A stretch of DNA of 64,000 nucleotides. It comes from Firmicutes bacterium UBA911 (lineage in GTDB: Bacteria; Bacillota; Desulfotomaculia; Desulfotomaculales; Desulforudaceae). The translations under genes and the position numbers were made by a program. A model generated the notes under the pieces. That model saw only the letters and a list, made by a program, of their open reading frames with translations. It ran no database searches and was not told the origin of the DNA. How positions within the stretch are numbered: the first letter of the stretch is position 1; each line of letters begins with the position of its first letter. The stretch spans positions 19,475 to 83,474 of the forward strand of contig DBEH01000005.1 in NCBI GenBank assembly GCA_002294005.1, in the 5' to 3' direction. Below are positions 18,042 to 29,794 of the stretch, in pieces.

Positions 18042-18323
18042 CTAAGTGAAGTTCAGGCTCTGGATTTCCCCCTCGACGCACAGTTCGTCCGGCAGGATGT
18101 TGCGCAAAACCAAATTGCGGCCCCGCAAGCGGACTTCACCAACCGGCACGATCACCCGTACCGACTCCGTCGTATACTCGACAATGCCGCGGTGATTTTC
18201 AATAATCACCTGGACATTGCCCACCAGGACGATCTTGGGCAGGTCCAGAGCGATTTCGCCGGGTATTTCCAGCAGGTCGGCCATGGTCCGCCGCATTTTT
18301 TTGCGCACGTCGCGCCAAGCCAT
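18042..18323 (-). CDS. yqfC: sporulation protein YqfC (YabP family)
   Basis: DLPKIVLVGN...IENHRGIVEY; upstream of yqfD. Confidence 0.92.
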   Translation of the reverse strand: MAWRDVRKKMRRTMADLLEIPGEIALDLPKIVLVGNVQVIIENHRGIVEYTTESVRVIVPVGEVRLRGRNLVLRNILPDELCVEGEIQSLNFT

Positions 18324-18402
18324 AAAACCCCCCCCCCTGAAATCTGTGCGGGGGAGGAATTCCTAAAAACCTTATTTATGTTCTAAACCGGGCCTGACAA
18401 CG

Positions 18403-18431
18403 GAAAAGCCCGGTCGCTTGGACCGGGCCCC
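18403..18431 (-). terminator. rpsU terminator
   Basis: minus strand GCCCGGTC-loop-GACCGGGC-TTTT. Confidence 0.7.
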
Positions 18432-18476
18432 TTGCTGCACCTTTGCGGCTCTACGGCCGCCCACACTCATACTGTA

Positions 18477-18656
18477 TTAAAAGGGACGCTTGCGCCTGCG
18501 CGCCGCTTCGGACTTTTTCTTCCGTTTTACGCTGGGCTTCTCGTAGTGTTCGTGCTTCCTGGCTTCGGCAAAAACCCCGGCCCGCTGGCACGTGCGTTTG
18601 AAACGCCGTAGAGCACTGTCCAGAGTCTCGTTCTTTCCGACTCTGACTTCCGCCAC
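18477..18656 (-). CDS. rpsU: 30S ribosomal protein S21
   Basis: Manual translation [59 protein letters not shown]; GGAGGGAGG RBS; below ORF-track cutoff. Confidence 0.97.
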   Translation of the reverse strand: MAEVRVGKNETLDSALRRFKRTCQRAGVFAEARKHEHYEKPSVKRKKKSEAARRRKRPF

Positions 18657-18731
18657 CGGTATCCCTCCCTCCCACCAGTCCGCGTCTGAGGCTAAGCATA
18701 CTGTGAGATTAACACCCCTCTGTAAATATTT

Positions 18732-19085
18732 TTAGCCGGGCGGCCAGTTCAGTTCCCGCCCTGCAAGAAGGTGGTAGTGAACGTGGAAGACAGATTGTCC
18801 CCCGTCCTCCAGGCAGTTGGCAACGAGCCTGAAGCCCCGCTCCTCAAGGCCCAGGCCACGGGCCACCTGAACAGCCGCCTTCTGAAGCAGCCCCAACAAC
18901 CGTTCGTCCCCGTCCCGGACATCGAACAGAGTCGGGATATGCCGCTTCGGAATAAGGAGCACGTGTACCGGAGCCACCGGGTTGACGTCCTTGAACGCCA
19001 GGAGGTGTTCGTCCTCGTAAATCACATCCGCCGGAACGTCGCGGTTCACAATCCGGCAAAAGATACAGTCTTGCAAGCCCACCAC
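18732..19085 (-). CDS. hinT: histidine triad nucleotide-binding protein
   Basis: DCIFCRI, GQSVFHVHYHLLAGR, WPPG C-terminus. Confidence 0.94.
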   Translation of the reverse strand: MVGLQDCIFCRIVNRDVPADVIYEDEHLLAFKDVNPVAPVHVLLIPKRHIPTLFDVRDGDERLLGLLQKAAVQVARGLGLEERGFRLVANCLEDGGQSVFHVHYHLLAGRELNWPPG

Positions 19086-19114
19086 CTCCTCACGTCGGGT
19101 CAGCCAAAGGTATT

Positions 19115-20461
19115 TTATTTGACGCTTGCCTCTGGGAATCCTGCCTCGCTGTGAATTATTCCCCTTAAATTCCCCTGCTCTGCACCGTCAGCATACACTT
19201 TTGCGATGCGCCCCGCAAGTTTGGGTCCGTTTTTGAAGAATACCCGCAAATAGTTGGGGGTGTAGCCGGTGGCGACGCCGCCGGAAACCGACTCCACCAG
19301 CACTTCCACCGTCCGCCCCAGGTAGCGGGAGGCAAACCGGTGCCGCAATTCACGGCCCAGGGCCAGCATCTCCCGGCTGCGCTCCTTCTTGATGCGGTGA
19401 GGCACCGGGTCGGGGAAGGAGGCCGCGGGAGTCCCCCGGCGCGGGGAATAGGCAAACACGTGCAGCCCGGCAAAACCGGTCCGGCGCACGTACTCCAGGC
19501 TCTCCCGGTGTTCGGAGGCGGTTTCGCCCGGGAAACCGGTCATGACGTCGGCGGTGACGGCCACTTCCGGCACTCCGGCGCGAATCATTTCCACCAGGGC
19601 GGCAAATTCCGCGGTTTTGTAGCGCCGCCCCATCCGAGAAAGGACGGAATCGCTGCCGCTCTGCAGCGGGATGTGAAAATGCGGGGCGCACACCGGGTTC
19701 TCCGCCATCAACTCGACCAGTTCCCGGGTGATCTCGTTCGGTTCCACCGAACTTAAGCGCAACCGGGCGAGTCCCGGAATCCGGACCAGGCGGCGCATCA
19801 GGCCCGGCAGGTTCTCCGTGCCAAGGTCCCGGCCGTAAGCCCCCAGGTTGACCCCGGTGAGCACCAGTTCGGCGCAACCTTGGTCCACCAACCCGCGGGC
19901 CAACTCGAGCACCCGCTCCGGGGGCCGGGAACGCAGGGGTCCGCGGGCGTAAGGCACGATGCAGTAGGTGCAGAAATCACGGCAGCCCTCCTGCACCTTC
20001 AGGAAGGCCCGGGTCCGGCCCGGGTCGGCCGGCTCGGGCAGCTCCTCGAATGACCGGGCCTGTTCGATGTCCTCCACCGCCAAAAAGGGGTCAAAAAAGG
20101 GGTCAGGCCCCTTTTTCCCGGCGGCGGCCTGCTCCACCAGGTCCACGATCCGCCCCCGTCCGGACGTGCCGGCCACCAGGCTTACTCCGGGAATGGCGGC
20201 GGCCTCCGCGGGCGCCACCTGGGCGTAACAACCCATCACCACGACCAGTGCCTTGGGGTTGGCGCGCACCGCCCGGCGCACGACCTGCCGCGATTTGCGG
20301 TCCGACTCACCGGTGACCGTACAGGTGTTCACCACGTATACGTCCGCCGTCTCCTCGAAAGGGACGACCTCATAGCCGCGGTCCCGGAAAAGGGCGGCCA
20401 GACCCTGCGTTTCGGCCTGGTTGACTTTACAGCCCAGGGTGTGGAAAGCGGCTTTTTTCAT
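19115..20461 (-). CDS. mtaB: tRNA t6A37 methylthiotransferase MtaB
   Basis: TLGCKVNQAE, NTCTVT, EGCRDFCTYC radical SAM motif, TRAM region; rsmE synteny. Confidence 0.95.
   Translation of the reverse strand: MKKAAFHTLGCKVNQAETQGLAALFRDRGYEVVPFEETADVYVVNTCTVTGESDRKSRQVVRRAVRANPKALVVVMGCYAQVAPAEAAAIPGVSLVAGTSGRGRIVDLVEQAAAGKKGPDPFFDPFLAVEDIEQARSFEELPEPADPGRTRAFLKVQEGCRDFCTYCIVPYARGPLRSRPPERVLELARGLVDQGCAELVLTGVNLGAYGRDLGTENLPGLMRRLVRIPGLARLRLSSVEPNEITRELVELMAENPVCAPHFHIPLQSGSDSVLSRMGRRYKTAEFAALVEMIRAGVPEVAVTADVMTGFPGETASEHRESLEYVRRTGFAGLHVFAYSPRRGTPAASFPDPVPHRIKKERSREMLALGRELRHRFASRYLGRTVEVLVESVSGGVATGYTPNYLRVFFKNGPKLAGRIAKVYADGAEQGNLRGIIHSEAGFPEASVK
20082..20116. repeat. palindromic repeat with duplicated half-site inside mtaB
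   Basis: aaaaaggggtc aaaaaaggggtcaggccccttttt, read as [11 protein letters not shown]. Confidence 0.7.
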
Positions 20462-20532
20462 GGTCTCGTCTCAATTCCCCAACTCCGGCGAATTTTATTT
20501 ATGGTGGATTATGCCCTACGCACGGCCGGCGC

Positions 20533-21282
20533 TTAACCGATGTCTCCCCACTCGTAGAGCACCAGCGTTACGGCCACCACACCGGCGGTGTCCGTCCGCA
20601 GGAGGCGTGGGCCCAGGGAAACGGAAACCGTGCCGCGGGCGGCGGCCGCGGCCGCCTCTTCGGGCGTGAAGCCGCCCTCCGGGCCGGTAAACAGGAACAC
20701 TTCACGGGCCGGCGGCCTGGAGCGCAGGGCATCTTTCAGTCCTGTACCGCGCTCCTCCTCCCAGAGGAAAAAGGCCGCACTCCCGGCGGGCACCAGCCCC
20801 AGGGCTTCTTCAAACCGGCAAACCGGATGGATTTCGGGTATCAGGGGCCGGCGGCACTGCTCGGCGGCTTCGGTGGCAATGCGGCGCCAGCGTTCCACGC
20901 GCCGGCCGGCCTTCCCGGGCGTCAGGCGCACCACCGTCCGTTCGGAGATAACCGGTACTATGGCCGCCACCCCAACCTCGGTGGCTTTTTGCACCAGGTC
21001 ATCCATCCGCTCGCCCTTGGCCAGGGACGGCACCAAGGTCACCCGCAGCCCGGGGTCGGCCGGCAGTTCGGCGGGGCCGGTGACCACGGCGCGCACCCTC
21101 CCCCGGTCCACCTCCCGGATGCCGGCCGCGTACACCCGTCCCGACCCGTCGAGCAGGAGCACTTTGGACCCGGCGGCCAGCCGCAGCACCCTGGTCAGGT
21201 GCCGGGCGTCGTCCCCCGTGATCCAGGCTTCCTCCCGGCCCCGCCAGTGGCTGGGAGGTACAAAAACACGCGGGATTCTCAC
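20533..21282 (-). CDS. rsmE: 16S rRNA m3U1498 methyltransferase RsmE
   Basis: HLTRVLRL, KATEVGV, EAAEQCRR, GPEGGF, SLGPRLLRTDTA; GTG start overlaps prmA stop. Confidence 0.95.
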   Translation of the reverse strand: MRIPRVFVPPSHWRGREEAWITGDDARHLTRVLRLAAGSKVLLLDGSGRVYAAGIREVDRGRVRAVVTGPAELPADPGLRVTLVPSLAKGERMDDLVQKATEVGVAAIVPVISERTVVRLTPGKAGRRVERWRRIATEAAEQCRRPLIPEIHPVCRFEEALGLVPAGSAAFFLWEEERGTGLKDALRSRPPAREVFLFTGPEGGFTPEEAAAAAARGTVSVSLGPRLLRTDTAGVVAVTLVLYEWGDIG

Positions 21283-22139
21283 TCTTTCACCCCCGCCAGG
21301 GCCACCCATTCCCCTTGGGCCAGGCGGGACTCGACTCGAAAACCGTCGGCGGCCAGCGCCCGGCGGACTACGTCTTCCCGCTGGTCCAGAATGCCGCTGA
21401 AGATAAACACGCCTCCCGGCTCCAGCGCGGTGGCCGCGGCCGGGCACAAATCGGCCAACACCTCGGCCACGATGTTCGCCACCACCAGGTCGGCCGGTTC
21501 GGACAGTTCGTCCAAAAGATTGCCGCTCCGGACCCGCACCCGGCCCGTAAGGTTATGCCGGGCCACGTTTTCGCCCGCCGTGCGCACAGCCAGCGGGTCT
21601 TCATCCACCGCCCAGACCACCGCAGCGCCCAGTAGCGCCGCCGCGACGGCCAGGATTCCCGAACCGGTGCCCACGTCCACGGCGACCATTCCCGGCCGCA
21701 CGTAGCGTTCCAAAAGCTTCAGGCACATCGCCGTTGTCGGGTGGGTGCCGCAGCCGAAGGCCAAGCCGGGGTCGATTTCGATTACCAGGTCTTCGGGACC
21801 GGGCAGAAACTCCTCCCAGGTGGGCTTGACCACCAGGCGTTCCCCGACCCGGAATGGTTTCAGGCCTTCCCGCCAAGCTGTCGCCCAGTCCCGGTCGCTG
21901 GCCCGGCGGACCTCCATCCGCGCCGGCGGCCCGGTGATCGCTTCAACCCGCCGGCGAAGCAGCACCACCTTCTGTGGTAGCTGCCGGTCGCCCACCGGAA
22001 ACCAGCCCCGGATCACAGCCGCCCCGGAATGAATGGAAGCGGGTTCTTCCTGGACCCCGCTCCCCAGCTCAAAGAAGACGTTACTGACCGCATCCCGGTG
22101 CTCGTCCGCCACGGTCACCTCGATTTCAAGCCAGAACAA
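21279..22139 (-). CDS. prmA: 50S ribosomal protein L11 methyltransferase PrmA
   Basis: IDPGLAFGCGTHPTT, DVGTGSGIL, VVANIVA, SGIL. Confidence 0.95.
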   Translation of the reverse strand: MFWLEIEVTVADEHRDAVSNVFFELGSGVQEEPASIHSGAAVIRGWFPVGDRQLPQKVVLLRRRVEAITGPPARMEVRRASDRDWATAWREGLKPFRVGERLVVKPTWEEFLPGPEDLVIEIDPGLAFGCGTHPTTAMCLKLLERYVRPGMVAVDVGTGSGILAVAAALLGAAVVWAVDEDPLAVRTAGENVARHNLTGRVRVRSGNLLDELSEPADLVVANIVAEVLADLCPAAATALEPGGVFIFSGILDQREDVVRRALAADGFRVESRLAQGEWVALAGVKE

Positions 22140-22190
22140 AACGGCCTGCCTCCCCGGGAGAATATAGACTTTAGAATTCAGAATCCATTT

Positions 22191-22324
22191 AAAAAAGTGT
22201 CAGACACCTTTTTTCCGGGGATTGTCTTCTCTTAAGACAGTGTCTGCTTGAAAAAGGAGCCTGTCCCCTTTTTCGGCCTGAGCTAGGAACACCGCTTCCG
22301 AAAAAGGGGACAGGCTCCTTTTTC
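22191..22324. repeat. cluster of three short palindromes; 22250-22274 and 22300-22324 are exact inverted copies (REPIN-like doublet)
   Basis: aaaaaagtgtcagacacctttttt; gaaaaaggagcctgtcccctttttc; gaaaaaggggacaggctcctttttc. Confidence 0.8.
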
Positions 22325-23435
22325 ACATGAAGGCGTCTTTGATTTTCTTGAAGAAGCCCTTTTCCTCGGCGTGCAGTTTGCCGCCCGCCTCCCGCCCGAA
22401 CTCCAGCAGGATGCCCTTTTGCTTGTCGTTGAGCCTGGTCGGCGTGATCACCCGCACCCGGACCAACTGGTCCCCCCGGCCGGCCCCGTTCAGGTGGGGG
22501 ACACCGCGGCCGCGAAGCCGGAAAGCGGTGCCGGTCTGCGTCCCCTCCGGTATCCGGATCGTGGTCGGACCGTCCAGGGTGGGCACCTCCACCTCGTCGC
22601 CCAGGGCGGCCTGCACGAAGGATATCGGCAGCTCGCAGTGAATCTGGTGGCCCTCACGCTCGTAGAACTCGTCGGCGTCCGCGTGGATGTACACGTAAAG
22701 GTCTCCAGGCGGGCCGCCGCGCACCCCGGCCTCGCCCTCCCCGACCAGGCGCAGGCGGAAATCGTCGTCCACCCCAGCCGGCACTTTCACCTTCAGAGAG
22801 CGCATCTGACGCACCTGTCCAGCGCCCCGGCATTCCGGGCAAGGCGTCTCGACGATCCGCCCCGCACCCCGGCAACGCTCACAGGGGCGGGTCTGCACGA
22901 AACGCCCGAACGGCGTCTGCTGGCTCACACTGACCTGGCCCTGCCCCCGGCAAAGCGGGCAGGTCCGGGGGTGCGTGCCCGGCGCAGCCCCGGAACCGTC
23001 GCAGCGCTCGCAAGTTTCGGTCCGGGGGATCCTGACCTCGCGCTCGGCGCCGAAAACCGCTTCCCGGAAGGCCAAACGCAGGTCGTAGCGCAGGTCCGGC
23101 CCCCGCTGGGGGCCGTACTGCGGCTGGCGAGCGCCGAAGAACATCTCGAAAATGTCCCCGAATCCGCTGAAACCGCCGCGAAAAATATCTTCAAAATTGA
23201 AGCCCTGCCCCTCCGGACCGGCATGACCGAAACGGTCGTACTGAGCGCGCCGTTCGGGGTCGCCCAGTACCGCCGCCGCCTCGGCGATTTCTTTGAACTT
23301 GTCGGCCGCCTGCGGGTCTTCCTTGTTCGCGTCCGGATGGTACTTGCGCGCCAGCTTGCGGTAGGCTTTCTTTATGTCATCCTGGGAGGCGCCCCGCTCC
23401 ACACCCAGTACCTCGTAGTAGTCTCGCTTGCTCAT
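22323..23435 (-). CDS. dnaJ: chaperone DnaJ
   Basis: J domain with HPD, four CxxCxGxG repeats. Confidence 0.97.
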   Translation of the reverse strand: MSKRDYYEVLGVERGASQDDIKKAYRKLARKYHPDANKEDPQAADKFKEIAEAAAVLGDPERRAQYDRFGHAGPEGQGFNFEDIFRGGFSGFGDIFEMFFGARQPQYGPQRGPDLRYDLRLAFREAVFGAEREVRIPRTETCERCDGSGAAPGTHPRTCPLCRGQGQVSVSQQTPFGRFVQTRPCERCRGAGRIVETPCPECRGAGQVRQMRSLKVKVPAGVDDDFRLRLVGEGEAGVRGGPPGDLYVYIHADADEFYEREGHQIHCELPISFVQAALGDEVEVPTLDGPTTIRIPEGTQTGTAFRLRGRGVPHLNGAGRGDQLVRVRVITPTRLNDKQKGILLEFGREAGGKLHAEEKGFFKKIKDAFM

Positions 23436-23497
23436 TCTCCGACCTCACCACGGCAGAATCCGGCAGGGGATTTTCCCCTGCTTCATTCTGCTTCATT

Positions 23498-25316
<1,819 letters not shown>

Positions 25317-25324
<8 letters not shown>

Positions 25325-25901
25325 TATGCGCTACCTCCCCGTTAACTGCCCGTTTGGCCACTTTGACCATCGCCGGGCGCATGACCTTACCTTTGAAGTA
25401 GTACCCCGGACGCAGTTCCTCCAACACCGTGTTCTCCGGAACGTCCGCGGTTTCCACGCGCCCCACGGCCTCGTGCAGCCGGGGGTCGAATTCCGCCCCC
25501 GCTCCCGGTACCCGTTCCAGCCCCTGCCCGGCCAGGATTTCGTCCAATTGACGGTGGATCATCCGCACCCCGGCCAGGAAATCCTCCAGCCGGTCGCCCG
25601 GGTGTTCCAGGGCCCGCTCGAAGTTGTCCAGGACCGGCATGATCGAAAAAACGACCTCTTCCGCCGCCTGCCGGTACCACCCCTCACGCTCCTGCCGGGT
25701 CCGCCGCCGGTAGTTCTCGAAGTCGGCCTGCAGCCGGAGCAGCCGTTCCCGGCAGTCCGCCGCCATCGAAGCCTCCTCGGCCACCCGCGCCTCCAGGCCC
25801 CCGTTCCCGTTCTCCGGAGTCCCGGGTTGTTTTGCCTCAGGCATGGCGGCGGTGCCGGTTTGGGCCCCGCCGGCAAAGCCGTTTTCGTTGCGTTCACTCA
25901 T
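25317..25901 (-). CDS. grpE: nucleotide exchange factor GrpE
   Basis: [39 protein letters not shown]. Confidence 0.96.
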
Positions 25902-27465
25902 CCTTGCCAACCCCCCTGCCGTCCTGGTGTTCCTCCCGCTTCATAATGATGGTGTCGATCCGCAGCACCGCCTCGGCCACCTCACCGGCCGCCCGCAGGG
26001 CATATGTCTTTACGAGCGCCGGGTCCAGCACGCCGGCCGCTTCCATGTCCGCGACCGCGCCGGTGTCGCAGTCGATCCCCAGGCTGTTGGCCCCCGACGC
26101 GACCTGGGCCGCGTTTACGTCGCCGACTTTTTCCAGGGGATTGAACCCGGCGTTGGCCACAATCTGGGCCAGCGGCCGCCGGAGTGCTTCCACCACGCAT
26201 TCCACCCCGTACACCGCCATCCCCTTCACCCCGGACCGCACCCCTTCCACTTCCCGGGCCGCCCATAGTTCCAGGGAGCCGCCCCCGGGCACCACCCCGC
26301 CGCGGACCGCCGATTGCACCGCCCCGGCGGCGTCCTTGGCGATCCGTTCGCGTTCACCGACCACCTCTTCGGTCGCCGCGCCCACCAGGACGGTGGCCAT
26401 CGGTTTGCCCGCCCCGTCCTCGATCCGTACCCGCTCCAGTCTCTCGTCGTGGACCACCGCCCGGGCGCGGCCGAGCACCGCCTCCAGGTCGGCGACGCTC
26501 TTTTTCAGACCGGTCCGTTTAATCATCCGGGCGCCGGTATGCTCGGCCACCCGGCGGAGTTCCTTGTTCAGCACCCGCTGTACCACCATTATCCCGGCGT
26601 CCGTCAGGACCTCCTCGGCCGGGGTCGCCACCCCGCGGTCCACCAGGACCAGGCCGGTCCCCAGATCGACCAGCTTTTCCACGTTAGCCCGGAATTCATC
26701 CTGCAGTTGCAGATAGCGGGCGAACCCGGCCTCGGTGGCCAGGGCCTCGTCCCCGATCTCCTCAGGCTCCAGCGCGTCGTCCAGGATCAATACCCGGACC
26801 CCTCCGGACAAGGCGGGCGGCACCTGACGATTGAGCGGCTCCTTGCTGATCAGTACCCCCATGAAAACCTCGTTGTCCGCGCCCTCCACCGCCGTCACCG
26901 TGTCCGCCAGCTTGAAATTCGGCTCTTTGAGCTTATCAACCCCGACCAGCACGGCCGCCCGGACGACCAGGTCGGCGATGTCGGCATGCTCCCGGCCGGC
27001 CACCAGCGCCACCTGGCGGATACGGGCGTCGTCCAGGCCGGTCACCGGACGCGCTTGGGACTGCACTGTCTCGAGCGCCCGCCGCAGTCCCAGGCGCAAA
27101 CCCTCGATCACCCGGGCCACCGGGACGCCCCGCACGACCAGATCGACCCCGGTGGCGACCATCTGGCCGGCCATCACGGTCGCCGTGGTGGTCCCGTCAC
27201 CCACCTCTTCCTCCTGGGCCCGCGCCACGTTGATCAGCATCCTGGCCGCCGGGTGGTTGGCCTCCATGCGGCCCAGGATGGTCACCCCGTCGTTCGTGAT
27301 CACCACCTCGCCGAACTTGTCGACCAGCATCGTATCCAGGCCCTTTGGGCCCAAGGTGCCCTCCACGGCCGAGCTGACGGCCCGGATGGCGTTCGCGTTG
27401 GTGACCAGGGCCGCCAGGCGCTCGTTTACTTCGGAACCCTGCACGGCCTGCTTTTTGAGGCTCAA
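25894..27465 (-). CDS. thermosome-like (group III) chaperonin, TCP-1/cpn60 family
   Basis: [49 protein letters not shown] (group II-like); lacks the GroEL GGM tail; lies between hrcA and grpE. Confidence 0.9.
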   Translation of the reverse strand: MSLKKQAVQGSEVNERLAALVTNANAIRAVSSAVEGTLGPKGLDTMLVDKFGEVVITNDGVTILGRMEANHPAARMLINVARAQEEEVGDGTTTATVMAGQMVATGVDLVVRGVPVARVIEGLRLGLRRALETVQSQARPVTGLDDARIRQVALVAGREHADIADLVVRAAVLVGVDKLKEPNFKLADTVTAVEGADNEVFMGVLISKEPLNRQVPPALSGGVRVLILDDALEPEEIGDEALATEAGFARYLQLQDEFRANVEKLVDLGTGLVLVDRGVATPAEEVLTDAGIMVVQRVLNKELRRVAEHTGARMIKRTGLKKSVADLEAVLGRARAVVHDERLERVRIEDGAGKPMATVLVGAATEEVVGERERIAKDAAGAVQSAVRGGVVPGGGSLELWAAREVEGVRSGVKGMAVYGVECVVEALRRPLAQIVANAGFNPLEKVGDVNAAQVASGANSLGIDCDTGAVADMEAAGVLDPALVKTYALRAAGEVAEAVLRIDTIIMKREEHQDGRGVGKDE

Positions 27466-27491
27466 GAAAACACCTCCTGGGGGAGAGAATT

Positions 27492-28526
27492 CTACCTGTA
27501 CAGTTTCTCCAAAACCCGGGAAAGGTTTCGGGTCAGGTAATCAACCAGGCCGGTCACCCGGGCGTAGTCCATGCGGCTCGGCCCCAGCACGGCCAAAGCG
27601 CCCACGGCGCGCCCGCCGACCCCGTAGCGGGCGCTGACCAGGCTGCAGCCCTGGATGAGGTCGCACTTGAACTCATCGCCGATGAGGACCGTGATTCCCT
27701 CCTCCTGTTCGGCCTGTTCGGCCAACAGGGACGACAGGAGTCCCTCCTGGTCCAGAAGGCTAAGAAGTGTCTTCATTTTCTCCACGTTCCGGAATTCGGG
27801 CTGGTTCAGGATGTTTAAGACCCCGCCCAGATACACCCGCTCTTCCGTGCTTTCCTCACCGTCCCCGATGAGTTCCATGATGTATTCGACCGTGGCCTTG
27901 TGGCGCAACAACTCAAGGTAGATCTCGCGCAGGATGGTAATCCTGATGTCGTTTAAGCTGTGGCCCCTGATCTTTGCGTTCAAGACCCGGGAAATGGTCT
28001 CCAGGTCCTCGCCCGTGATGTTCTCCGGCACGTCGATTACGTGCGTCTGCACCCGCTCCGGTTCGGTGATCACCAGCACCATGGCCTTGCCCTCCCCCAT
28101 GGCGACCAACTGCACGTGCCGCACGGCACTACCGATCATCCGGGGCGTTGACACTAGGGCGGCGTAGCTGGTCAGTTGGCTCACCAGTTGCCCCGTTCGT
28201 TCAATGACCTCGGAGATACTCTTCACTTTGGCCTGATAGTTGGTCTTAATTACCAGCTTTTCCTCTTCCGCCGGGGTCTCGGGTTCCATGAGCCGGTCGA
28301 CGTAGTACCGGTAGCCCCGCTGCGACGGAATCCGCCCTGCGGACGTGTGCGGCTGTTCGAGATAGCCCATCTCCTCCAGGTCGGCCATTTCGTTACGGAT
28401 GGTGGCCGGGCTGATGCCCAACCCGTACTTGCGGGCGATGGTCCGGGAACCAACCGGTTCCGCGGTGGCGATGTAGTCGAGGATTATCGCCCGGAGGATC
28501 TCTTTCTTGCGTTCGTCGATGCCCAC
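27492..28526 (-). CDS. hrcA: heat-inducible transcription repressor HrcA
   Basis: [47 protein letters not shown]. Confidence 0.97.
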   Translation of the reverse strand: MGIDERKKEILRAIILDYIATAEPVGSRTIARKYGLGISPATIRNEMADLEEMGYLEQPHTSAGRIPSQRGYRYYVDRLMEPETPAEEEKLVIKTNYQAKVKSISEVIERTGQLVSQLTSYAALVSTPRMIGSAVRHVQLVAMGEGKAMVLVITEPERVQTHVIDVPENITGEDLETISRVLNAKIRGHSLNDIRITILREIYLELLRHKATVEYIMELIGDGEESTEERVYLGGVLNILNQPEFRNVEKMKTLLSLLDQEGLLSSLLAEQAEQEEGITVLIGDEFKCDLIQGCSLVSARYGVGGRAVGALAVLGPSRMDYARVTGLVDYLTRNLSRVLEKLYR

Positions 28527-28541
28527 GGTTCCGCCCCCTTA

Positions 28542-28568
28542 TTAGCACTCTCCTGGAATGAGTGCTAA
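28542..28568. promoter_or_regulatory. CIRCE element
   Basis: Perfect TTAGCACTC-N9-GAGTGCTAA upstream of hrcA. Confidence 0.97.
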
Positions 28569-28579
28569 TCCCAGGCAAT

Positions 28580-28608
28580 AAGATAGCACCCTTCCCTGGA
28601 TCTGTCAA
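28580..28608 (-). promoter_or_regulatory. sigma-A promoter of hrcA operon
   Basis: TTGACA-N17-TATCTT just upstream of CIRCE. Confidence 0.85.
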
Positions 28609-28648
28609 GCATCTAATGCGTCTCCCAGAGCTGACGCAAGCGCACCGC

Positions 28649-29794
28649 CTACAGGAACCGTTCAAAAACCAGGTTGGCCAGCGCGAGACCTTGGGCGGTG
28701 AGCCGGAGCCGGTCCGGTTCCAGCGTCAACAGGCCCTCGGCGCGCAGGCGGGCGATTTCGGGCCCATACACCGCCTCCGGGTCGCGGCCGAAGCGCCGCG
28801 CAAACCGCGCCCGTTCCACGCCGCGGACGATCCGCAGGCCCAGGAACATGGTCTCGGCCATTTGGGTCCGGACGTCTATCACTTCCGATTCGGCCACCGG
28901 CAGTCCCCCGGCGGCCAGGCGGGCGGCGTAGGCCGGCAATGCCCTTTTGTTGGCCGTGCGCCGGCCGTTCCAGAACGAATGGGCGGCCGGGCCGAAGCCG
29001 AGGTAAGGCTCGTTGCGCCAATAGACGAGGTTGTGCCGGCACTCCCGGCTCCTGGAGCGGGCGTAGTTGGCGATCTCGTAGTGTTCGAAACCGGCGCCGG
29101 CGAGGATCGGCCGGGTGAGGTGGAACATCTCCAGCGCCTGGCCTTCGGGAACGGGGAAAAGCCCGCCGTTTTGCAGGCGTGCGTGCAGGGCCGTGCCCGG
29201 CGGAACTTCCAGGCCGTAGGCCGAGATGTGCTCGGGCTCCAGGGCCAGCGCCGCCTCCAGGGTGCGGCGCCAGTCGGCCGGGGTTTGGCCGGGAATCCCG
29301 CTGATCAGGTCCAGGTTCAGGTTCGAAAAGCCGGCCCGGCGGGCCGAGCGCACCGCCTCCCGCACGTCGGCCGCCCGGTGCCCCCGCCCCAGCACGGTGA
29401 GCAACCGGTCCTCTCCGGATTGCATCCCGATGCTCAGGCGGTTGATCCCGAGCCGGCGCAGGCCGTCCAAAACAGAAAAGGCGGCCGCTTCGGGGTTGGC
29501 CTCCACCGTGGCCTCCAGCCCTTCCGGCCACCGGAAGTGTCTTTGTACAGCGGCAACAATCGTGGTAAGGGCCTCCAGCGGCAACAAGGTGGGAGTGCCC
29601 CCGCCGATGTAGAGGCTCGCGGCCTCCAGCGGCGCATCGCCTTCCGCCGCCGCGCCGCGGAGCGCGATTTCGGCGGTCACCGCCCGAACGTACCGTTCCA
29701 CGGCGGCGCGGTTCAGGGGGTAGGAAACGAAGTCACAGTAGGCGCATTTTTGCCGGCAGAAGGGTGCGTGGACGTAGAGCCCCGGCCGGTTCAC
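28649..29794 (-). CDS. hemW: radical SAM heme chaperone HemW
   Basis: [35 protein letters not shown]; lepA-hemW-hrcA synteny; GTG start overlaps lepA stop. Confidence 0.92.
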   Translation of the reverse strand: MNRPGLYVHAPFCRQKCAYCDFVSYPLNRAAVERYVRAVTAEIALRGAAAEGDAPLEAASLYIGGGTPTLLPLEALTTIVAAVQRHFRWPEGLEATVEANPEAAAFSVLDGLRRLGINRLSIGMQSGEDRLLTVLGRGHRAADVREAVRSARRAGFSNLNLDLISGIPGQTPADWRRTLEAALALEPEHISAYGLEVPPGTALHARLQNGGLFPVPEGQALEMFHLTRPILAGAGFEHYEIANYARSRSRECRHNLVYWRNEPYLGFGPAAHSFWNGRRTANKRALPAYAARLAAGGLPVAESEVIDVRTQMAETMFLGLRIVRGVERARFARRFGRDPEAVYGPEIARLRAEGLLTLEPDRLRLTAQGLALANLVFERFL

